Part shown: piece by piece, positions 11,114-20,000 of the stretch
How the letters are laid out: the number at the start of each line of letters is the position of its first letter
How positions within the stretch are numbered: the first letter of the stretch is position 1
Assembly: GCA_010015585.1 (NCBI GenBank)
Contig: ML975159.1
Reading direction: 5' to 3' (one strand)
DNA length: 20,000 nucleotides
DNA from: Eremomyces bilateralis CBS 781.70
Lineage: Eukaryota
Translations under genes and position numbers: made by a program
The notes under the pieces: model-generated
The model's input: only the letters and a program-made list of their open reading frames with translations
What the model was told of the DNA's origin: nothing
The model's database searches: none

Positions 11114-13366
11114 CGGGGCAAGAGCGGGCCTTTCCCCGTGACTAGCAACTAAATCGGACTGGTTGGGCTGTCATGACTGCCTGGGGCATCAATCAGTTTT
11201 ATACTTTTATCCACGTCGGTTGGCTTCAGTGTGTCCCATCACTCATTCCCATCAGGATCTTTCTCCTGCAGTGTCCAGTTCTCGTTGAGTCCGATATGTG
11301 TTCTTGTCGTCATTGTTACATTGGGCACAGCATGATGCGACAGAATTTCGTCGCGGAAACAACCGAATATCACCAAGCATCAGGAAATTAGCAAGCAATA
11401 ATAGGCCAGGGGTGACTGTCTGCAACGAGCTAGTCTGGATATCTGCAACAAATCAGCAACTGGATTAGACATGATAGGAAGGTAACACGTCCAACTGGCG
11501 AGCATGCTTCCTTCTTACAACGACGATGATGACGCTATTTCCGTATGGCGGTAATTGATGGTGTTATACAATCTAACATTTTGGTTGAGGATCCAAACTC
11601 CCAATCCATTTGGCTTGCAGAAGTCTTGCATAAGGGCAAGAACCCACCCTCATCTCCGGATCCCGATATGAGGACATCCAAAACCTGATGTTGAGAATTG
11701 AGATGCAGCGCGGGAAAACACATGTCCGATCGCCCCGTTCCGCATCCCCTTTTAGTGTGGAACGCAGTGCAGGGAGGAGTCGTGGGGTATATAGTGCTGA
11801 CGACTGGAAACGCAGTTGCATCGCGATATGGCATCAATGCAATGTGATCAGGTGCTAAACAGATCATTGGAACTATAATGACACCGCAGCTGCGGTTGAG
11901 AAATTGTGTCCAATATCTGCATCGAAAGGGATGGCCAGCTTGACCATTCCTTAGTCGCGCCGCTCCGTGATAGCTGTTCTGGGGCTTGGGGGTGTGCATA
12001 AACTGCATATTCCCGCTGACCGACACTTTGCTTCTCCAGATTATCGGGTTGCTAACATGGAGTGGCGCAGGGATTACGATTCGATTACGTCCTAATCTGG
12101 AGAAACCGTCAGGGCTGGGGACGGGATCGGATGGTTATCGAAATTGATCTATCCCGTCACAAGAACTGTGTTCGCGCTGCTCCTTTGCCGCTCTGAACTG
12201 GCGTCGCCGATATATCGAAAATAGGAGTGATAGGTCTCAAGAGTCAAGAGACTCTCTGCATGTGTAGTGAACGATCAACTTGTAGAATAAGACGGATAAC
12301 TACCTATTGGCGAGACGGCTTGGAAAATCATTTCCCGGCTCTAAGCGTATGGCGATCATACAATTCTACTGTGCTATGCCTGTTTAGCAGGCAGCAGTCT
12401 AGGGCGCTCCAGAAATAATTCCCTATTGTTCTCGATCGGAAACTTGTATACGCTCTATTTGGATTTTGGATGATCCTCGACAAGATAACCTGGCATCACA
12501 GAGCGGCTAAAGAGTTAGGTTACGTCCTCTCTCTGGGGAAAGTGTGGGGTGAGCCAAGATTAAATGGGCTCATGTAGTAATGGCATCTTACCAGATCATC
12601 GATGCCTAATGTCTATTCTTACGGTACGCAGTATCTACAATCGTGCCGATATTCAACACGTATGAGCACTTTCCACTACCATTCTCTCTTCTCCATTTGC
12701 CTATGAGTCGCTCAACCTCAACTGGACGGCCAGCTGACATTGAAGCTAAGACCGTAGAGCTGAAGCATGTCCGTGGACTCCGTATCTGACTCGAACTGCC
12801 AAGCATTATGGCTGAATCGCGAGATACGAATTACGATTCAAGCCAGTAGTTATACGTTTTAAGTAGACAAGGGATCAAAGTTAACTTCGTCTGGGGCGGA
12901 GACTGGAAGTACCGGTAATTAGTGCACGCTTCGTAGGGGACGAAGTCAGAGAGACCATACTAACAGAATGGATTAATCGACGACCGACAATTCCAGCCTG
13001 TCGTCCGAGAATGGTCATGGGATACCAGCGAACCCGAATCGCTAGTTGAGGCTCTTTCATGAGTTGATCGGAGGCGATATATAGGCTCATCGCATTTCGT
13101 CTCACTTGCTTCATTACCCCCAATTTGGATATCATATTTCCGGCGATCATTTATAGTTCTCCAGAGTCAAGGCTAACATCAATAGTTCAGAAATCAGAAT
13201 CAATGAATCATTCACTTAGATTCGAAACCGATGCCGATCTACCCCAGACGGTCTCCTCGCCCTCACGTCACACGACAATGAACAGGAGGACGTGTGAGAT
13301 GAATAGAGGTACGTACCAGCCGAGGTCGGGAACTTTCGGGGCGGTGGTCCGTCGACATCAGTTCGA

Positions 13367-13396
13367 CCCCCAATCCCCCATCCCCCCAATTCCCCC
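13367..13396 (-). other. G-quadruplex motif G5-N4-G6-N2-G5-N3-G5
   Basis: The plus strand reads CCCCC AAT CCCCC AT CCCCCC AATT CCCCC. Confidence 0.7.
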
Positions 13397-16340
13397 AACC
13401 ATCGGCTACTCCACATTTTACGCCTCGGCGGCCGGCTCCCGCTGTCGCTTTAGCAAAAGATGGCTTAGCGCATCCCCCCATCCCTCATTTCCTCCAGCGT
13501 TCCAGAAGCCAGATCTCGTCGGGACGAGGCCTTTCCTTTGCACGAGCCTCGCAACCCATGATGATGATTGGCGTGAGTCTGGCACTTTGGAGGCCTTTGT
13601 CCCGGGTTGGGGTCTCCCGGAGCGGCGGGACTCACCCGCGGGAGAGAAGGGGGAGAGGATTGGTACCTTTCAAGTTTCATCTTTTTTCACTGGAGAGGTA
13701 TCCGTACAACCGTACATCCATTCATGCAATATGTTTGCCCCTGAAGCCGGTATCCGGGCTTGGTCCAGATTCGACGATCGACAAGAGGCATAAGAGATCA
13801 TAGACTGGATTTCTCATATGTTGAGATTTGCATTAATATTCGATTCGGCTGCCTGGCATCTCACTAGCTGCATATCGTAGGTCAGGACTCGGGACCGAAA
13901 TCACATGTAGGTTTTCTTATCCATCATGGTTGATGCCTTCCACGGTCTCTACACTAAGCCATCCATATCAATTTGCATTATTATTGCATTCATCGCCTTA
14001 TTATTTCAAGCACAAGGATACAAACACATGAAGTTCTTATCACCCGAAGCCACTGGCCAATGAAAAGAGCCGGAGCTTCCTGCGTTCCCGGCCAATTTTC
14101 CGTCCCAGATCATCTTAAACCCGTTCCGTATGGGGTGCCGACCCGGAAAACTTTTGCCCTAGGATCGGCCAACATGGCATTTTGTATCCATCAATTTTGG
14201 ATCAGACCTCGGAAATTGTAGACGCATATTCGGATGTAAATCGGGTAGGTCCTATGCGGAAGAAAAAATACTGCATACCATTTTCGTGCCGATGGACACT
14301 GAGCACCGGTGGATACGGAAGACTGTTGCTTAATTTCCTCATATCCAGTGGCCAATACTGCCTGCAGCCTGCAATTATGGCGCTATCGCTACCACTGTGG
14401 ACTATCGGTGAGATGACTCCATTTATTCGTCTCTATTCGAGTGCGGATGTCAGGTGGCCATCAGTGATCAGCCTGAAAATTCGATTTGCCTTTCGCCTTC
14501 CGCCCTCCTGCGTCGGTTCAATGGAGATGGAAATAAGGATTATTGCCGAAGGTGCCCCTGACAAGCGGTAAATTTTCATTTTGAGCCTCATTGTAATATC
14601 CCTGTTATTCCCGGCCGGCTCATCGATATTTCTTCTCTGCCGAGTAATCACGCAGCATCATTCAATGAGTACTACAGTGCTATCCCGAGAAACTCAATTT
14701 TCTATCCCGAATCTCCTTTGTTACATGTCTCGCATTGTTGAGTTGGATGCTCTCTGCATGTCGGGCTGTAAACCTCTCGAATTCATTTCTAATCCTCGGT
14801 TGACATCTGTTCCCAACAATCACCTCGAACCTTGTATTCATGCCGGTTCATGACGTCTCATGCTCTACTCCTCGGATGATGACTTTACATCCAATTGGAA
14901 GATCCGTCCTGGTAACGTGATAGGTCGCCGCGCCGGAGTCGAACCAAACCCAATTTCGCCGAGTTGCCGTGCCTCGGGATCTACCTCATATAAACTAGAG
15001 CGGCTGGCCAGGCTTCCAGAATCTCCTTGGAATCTTGGCCGGTATGTCATCACTAGTAGAGTAGTGGGGGACTTCTTCTAAGGCGGAAAAAGCTTTTAAA
15101 GGGCGTGTGAGGTTTTTGCGGTTTGCCAAGAATCTCAGGCATTCCCCTGGGAAGTTTGCGCCACGCTGGCAACCATTTAGGGCGTGGGGCCTTGATTTAT
15201 ATTTGATAGTGAGAAGATAGTGGTAGTAGAGGTTCGTCACCATAGATGAGATCCGGACTTATCCAAGCTACTACCTACCTATCCAGGACTACTGTGGCAT
15301 TTCTTCATTCAAAGTTTCTCTCTCAACGCCCACCTGCGGAGTTTGTTGAGGCTTGGACTTAGAAAAAAAATTGCCAGCAGTCTTCAAAGAGTGGTACAAT
15401 ATCTGGGGAAGCGGCAACAAAGCCTTCCCCGCAATCTGCGTGCGACGGTTGAACGGCCCTTGGTAGCCGTCGGTCAGTGTGCCCAGTTTGTGCCATTCGA
15501 TATCCAAGAGCATCGAGCACCGTACCTTTTCGTAGGACTCATGTTCGAAGAACTTTCCTAAAACATGATGTGACGTTGATTAATAGTTTCGTCTGTTGAT
15601 TGTGAATAGGGGCAAATAGCAACTTGATGAAGATGACAAGAGATAAGCTGCTGATGCCTGATAAGGACGTTAAAGCCGCCATCAGATGTGGAGTTGGTGG
15701 AGCACCTAGCACAATAGTGACGAATATGAAATCCCAACGCCAACATCAAGGGGGTGCTTCAGCGCTTCTTTAACCAGAGTGCCAGACTCATTGGCATGAT
15801 CCGGAAAAAAGGAGGAATGGTGATATCCAAGTTAGCGTCAACAACAATGCTGCCTATTAATGTTACCTTACCATGCATGCCTCAGGAGTCGGGAGATAAT
15901 ATTTTCATGCAAAAAGTTTAACTTAAGACATTAAAGCTCCCGTCACTGAGGCTCGGATCGAGATTGGGATGCCTTTTCGTTCGAGGAAGACGTCGGCAAC
16001 CCTCGGCGCACTGGAACTCATTTTCCAATTCGCATCCCGACTATTACCGTCCTGAATGGAGTCAAGATTCTGGCTTGAAAAATAAAAGATACTACCACGA
16101 CGGTATTCCGCAGAGTTGATGGAAGTTCCAGTGGAATACGCATTCCAGAGGCGCAGCTCTATACAGTGCACAGTGCGTACATAGGTAGTAGGTACGGAGG
16201 CTTGATCCGAACAAGTCAATCGTACTCCAACAAATCATGAGAGTAGACTTCGAATGGTAGACCGATAATTAAACGGGTGGCGCATCCCTTGGTATCGTAT
16301 TGTTACTATTCAACTCTCATGAAAAGCAGTTGCGCATGTA

Positions 16341-18196
16341 TCCGTGCCCCATGACCGCCCCAAAACCTCAATTTTACCATCATCTTCAAATCTATACCAC
16401 CAAACATGTCTAAACGCGTCAAATATTCAGAGGAGACTATACAGAAAGCAGTCAAGGAGGCTACAGACCCCAAAAAAAGCAGGAAAACCTGTCAATATTT
16501 CAGCATTGGCGCGTGAGTTCCAAATCAGCCAGTTCGTCCTTCAAAGGCCGCCTTCAAGGAAAAACATCCTATACCAATCGTTCTCCGTTCGTACAAGCCA
16601 CCAAACTCGATCAGCTACAAGAAAAGGCTCCCTTAACTTGGATCTACCAGCTTGATAAGTGGGAAGCGCCTCCTACACCTACAGAAATCGAAGCGTGCGC
16701 CAACTCTGTACATACTCCGAAGAAAACGCGCTCGATACAACCCAGCCACCACCCCACGTTAGCAAGAACTGGAAATACAACTTTATTAAGCGCCATACCC
16801 CTCCGCTTATCAACCAAAAACCAGTTAAAGACGACCGCCTACGTGCTGAGGATCTTGGACATATACAGCATTGGTTTCAACTCCTTCAGGAGCAGATTCA
16901 AGAGCATGGAATCGAGGCCCGGAATATATATAATTTCGACGAAAGTGGCTTCCGCCTTGGTGAAGGGAAGCGCCAAAAAGTAGTCAGTTTCCGACCGGGG
17001 GCAAAACGAGGCAGTCCTAGTACGGAGTCATGCGAATCGGTTACGGATATCGAGTGTATCGCTGCTGATGGTTTCGTTCTCCCGCTGTACTTTATCCTAA
17101 AGGGCGAGAACCATCTTGAACGATGGTACGAAAACCGGGTTCCAGACGATTACCGTATCAATATCTCTAAGTCTGGGTGGTCAAACGACCTTATTGCCTT
17201 CGATTGGATCCAGCATTTCCATCGGTATACAAGACACCGGGCTAAGAAGGGGAAACAACTGCTCTTGATGGATAACCACGCTTCGCATCTTACCCATGAG
17301 TTCATTCAATTCTGCGAAAAAGTTGATCTTATTCTTTTCCCATTTCCTCCGCATACGACCCATTTCCTTTAGCCGCTTGATGGGAAGCCGTTTCTTGCGT
17401 TAAAACACTACTTCCGGCAGACAAATACGCATATCTCACGGTGGGGATTCGACGCAGCGGACAAGGCCTCATTCCTTACGGAAATGCCCCGGATCCGCCA
17501 AAATGCCTTCAAATCGCGTACGATTCGACACGCTTTTAAAGAGAGGGGCCTTTGGCCATGCGATCCTGAGCAGATTTTGCCAACCCTTCGGCAACAGGTT
17601 GACCAAGAGGTAGAGGAGCTTCACATATTCAATGGCTCGCCCCCAACGTCAAGTATTACGGCGACACCGACCGTATCTCCACCAAATACTATTCGTACGG
17701 TACGCCGGAAACAACAGAAGATCATGAATACGCCTGAGGCCCTACTTTCTAGCCGGAAATACCAACGTCGCGTTCACCAAGCTACAAACTCATTGATCAA
17801 GGCGGTCGAAGAGATCGAGGCGTATAAGGAGTCCGTTTCAGCCACACAACGCCAACAAACCAAAAAGAGTCGCCGCCAGGTTAAAACAGGACTTAGCCAG
17901 ACCGGTGCTTCGTACGTTAGTGAGGCGAAACGCCATATCGAGGCGCGTGGTCAGAAGGAGCGGGAGGCGGTAATTAGGAAGGCACAGCGGGACTGGCGGC
18001 GGCAAAAACAACAGGAAAATCAGCAGGAACCATCTCCTATACTCGATCAACCTACTAGTACGGAGGATCTCGGTTTTTATATCGATTTACATCCTGAGTT
18101 CTGATATATAGATGATAGTAGTGAAATTGGACTTTTGGCGTGAGTTTGACTTTAGCACCAACAACCGGAGGTTGTGGGGCGGTCATGGGGCACGGA
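16341..18196 (+). mobile_element. Fot1/pogo-family (Tc1-mariner superfamily) DNA transposon, complete, 1856 bp, copy 1
   Basis: Left end TCCGTGCCCCATGACCGCCCCAAAACCTC (16341-16369) and right end GAGGTTGTGGGGCGGTCATGGGGCACGGA (18168-18196) form an inverted repeat matching at 28/29. TA target duplication at 16339-40 and 18197-98. Internal DDE_1-type transposase; size typical of the family. Confidence 0.96.
16406..18104 (+). pseudogene. Disrupted pogo/Fot1 transposase (N-terminal HTH, CENP-B-like HTH, DD35D catalytic domain)
   Basis: Fragments: MSKRVKYSEETIQKAV.., NISALAREFQI, KLDQLQEKAPLTWI, VSKNWKYNFIKRH, IYNFDESGF, SKSGWSND, LLLMDNHASH, FPPHTTHFL*PLD; 35 residues separate the 2nd and 3rd Asp. 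Frameshifts at about 16472-78 (A7 run), about 16540 and about 16708-26. In-frame TAG at 17370-72 replaces the Q of QPLD. Confidence 0.93.
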
Positions 18197-18578
18197 TATG
18201 TTCCAAGCGCTGCTCGCATTAACAACTACATTTGTTTGCACAAGGGATCTATTATGGCGAGCTAGACCCTATGTCAAGTGGACAGGCAACGGCCAGGCTG
18301 ATTGAGGAGAGATAGTGCTCGTTAAACAGAAAAAGATCAAGTACATGAGTTGGAATCTGGTAGTGCGGCATTGATGTGTAAGGAATCAAGAATGAATCGA
18401 CTTCTTCCAAGGTAACTTTGGGTTGCTGACTTGATCTGAGCAGTTCATCGACGGAGTATCTCCCTTGTTTGACCTTTCCCCAAAGCCTCTAAGACGACAG
18501 AGAGCCGTGACATCGACGTACGAGCGATAGCCGCATAAATTGAAACGCTGTGAACAATATGAACTCCAAAAACACTCG

Positions 18579-19610
18579 TTACGCGCGTAAGTTTCTCGTG
18601 ACATGAACGACAATCTTACCCTTCGTTCGCTGGGTCTTGAGTCTTTCATATGCTTTGGGGGTATCCTCCCACTCGAATGTCTGATGAATGACAGGCTTTA
18701 CTTTGCCTTCCGTGATCCATCTCCCGATCTCGGCCAGATGTTCGGGATTGCATTGGGTAAGGTAAGGGTGATAGGGCCTCTTCCCGCCTCCAAGAAAAGA
18801 TGGCCTCAACAATCTCCCCGCTATGGACAGACCAAAGGAAAATATAGAACTGACACCAACTTGAAAGAAATGCCCATCTGGCTTCAAGAAATGGTGGCAC
18901 TCCTCGTACAGATTTTCGGGCGTCCCAACATTGTCGACGACAACATCAAAGACTTCCCCTTTCTCCTTGAGAATTTGGATGATGCTACCCTTCGTGTAGT
19001 CCAAGACCTCGTCAGCCCCCAGCTCTTTGCAAAATTCGATGTTTGCGGTCGAGCAGGAAGTCGTCACATGCGCTCCGATAGCCTTTGCGATTTGGATACC
19101 CCAGGTTCCGCAACCTCCACTACCTCCATTCAAGAACACTCTGGCACCTTGCGTTTCCCTCGCATGAGGTACGATGGTTTGGTATGCCGTGAGACCTGCA
19201 GTTCCCACTGTCGCAGCATCGTCCGGATCCACCCCGTCTGGCAAGGTTGCGATGCCGTCCACATCAGCAACAACATACTGTCCCAGGGTTCCATATTGCC
19301 TGTTGTTCTTAAATCGTCCGAAGACGACTTGTCCCATACGGTGGGTATCGTTGGCCGTCGGGATCGCCACGATCTTACCGCAGAAATCGACGCCTGGGGA
19401 TGCCGGGGTGCGGATCAGGAGGCTCGTAGGAAAGATCTCGGCGAGCTTGTAGTCGACGGGATTCAACGCCGCAGAAATGACTTCGACAATGACTTCATCC
19501 TTCGAAAGACCTTCCTTGCTTGGAGGAGTTGCGGTTTCAGTGAAATAGAGATTCTTCTCCATACCACCCGTGGTGGTCGTGAAGAGCCAGGCTTTCATGT
19601 GCTCATCCAT
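18579..19610 (-). CDS. Medium-chain dehydrogenase/reductase, NADPH:quinone oxidoreductase-like (zinc-independent, RTN4IP1/Yim1-like), 343 aa, intronless
   Basis: MKAW start, EVIVEVISAALNPVDYK, SPGVDFCG, GTLGQYVV, AATVGTAGLTAYQ, Rossmann motif VFLNGGSGGCGTWGIQIAKAIGA, LGADEVLDY, FDVVVDNVG, GKVKPVI..RTKGKIVV. No GHE zinc motif. First ATG at 19610. Confidence 0.93.
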   Translation of the reverse strand: MDEHMKAWLFTTTTGGMEKNLYFTETATPPSKEGLSKDEVIVEVISAALNPVDYKLAEIFPTSLLIRTPASPGVDFCGKIVAIPTANDTHRMGQVVFGRFKNNRQYGTLGQYVVADVDGIATLPDGVDPDDAATVGTAGLTAYQTIVPHARETQGARVFLNGGSGGCGTWGIQIAKAIGAHVTTSCSTANIEFCKELGADEVLDYTKGSIIQILKEKGEVFDVVVDNVGTPENLYEECHHFLKPDGHFFQVGVSSIFSFGLSIAGRLLRPSFLGGGKRPYHPYLTQCNPEHLAEIGRWITEGKVKPVIHQTFEWEDTPKAYERLKTQRTKGKIVVHVTRNLRA

Positions 19611-19842
19611 TGTTGATGATGAATTTGAAGGTATTGATGTCCAAATAAAGGTTTCTGGCGGTGGATTTTCTAAACAGCAATTTTTAGAGAGCGAGTCTCG
19701 CTCAAGGGACTGCGCTTTCCTGACATTGCTAGAGATTGCGCCATGTGTCAAGCTCTTTGGGTTGCACCTATAATTAAAAAAGGGTTAACATTCAATCTGA
19801 ATTATTGGTAATCAGGTGCAATTATTAATGCGCTGCGGCATA

Positions 19843-20000
19843 TCCGTGCCCCATGACCGCCCCAAAACCTCAATTTGATTACCATCATCTATATATCAGA
19901 ACTTGGGATGTAAATCGATATAAAAACCGAGATCCTCCGTACTAGTAGGTTGATCGAGTATAGGAGATGGTTCCTGCTGATTTTCCTGTTGTTTTTGCCG
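19843..20000 (-). mobile_element. 3' end of a second, inverted copy of the same Fot1/pogo transposon (runs off the window)
   Basis: TA at 19841-42, then the TIR TCCGTGCCCCATGACCGCCCCAAAACCTC. About 19884-20000 is the reverse complement of 18000 to about 18116 with 2 mismatches. 19896-20000 on the minus strand encodes RQKQQENQQEPSPILDQPTSTEDLGFYIDLHPKF* (copy 1 ends HPEF*). Confidence 0.95.

Noticed and set aside
11100..11115. AATTTGTGG on the minus strand, resembling the U1 snRNA Sm site
   Set aside because: No ATACTTACC 5' end or other snRNA hallmark nearby.
13125..13793. 222-aa plus-strand ORF
   Set aside because: TTG start, no recognisable domain, and it runs through the C-run motif; likely a chance ORF, though not formally excluded.
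18603..19616. 337-aa plus-strand ORF antisense to the MDR gene
   Set aside because: It mirrors the MDR CDS almost exactly and has no recognisable motifs; it is a shadow ORF produced by codon bias.
19611..19751. N-terminal extension of the MDR ORF from a TTG start
   Set aside because: Non-ATG start; family similarity begins at MDEHMKAW (ATG 19610).

Overview
Filamentous ascomycete DNA (Pezizomycotina, probably Eurotiomycetes; short GT-AG introns). From left to right: (1) an intron-containing Rad55-like Rad51 paralogue (+, 364-1857); (2) the carbon catabolite repressor creA/cre-1 (-, 5196-6762), whose conserved N-terminal motif is separated from the body by a +1 frameshift at CUU-U; (3) about 9.5 kb upstream of creA with no recognisable gene, but with clustered CreA-type sites, a strong G-quadruplex motif, a nested inverted-repeat structure and an over-represented GTACGGAG octamer; (4) a complete but defective 1856-bp Fot1/pogo DD35D transposon (16341-18196); (5) an intronless quinone-oxidoreductase-like MDR gene (-, 18579-19610); (6) the 3' end of a second, inverted copy of the same transposon (19843 to the window edge). 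The main observations are the composite-transposon-like arrangement of two inverted pogo copies around the MDR gene, and the frameshifted creA N-terminus. Homologue comparisons are from memory; no searches were run.
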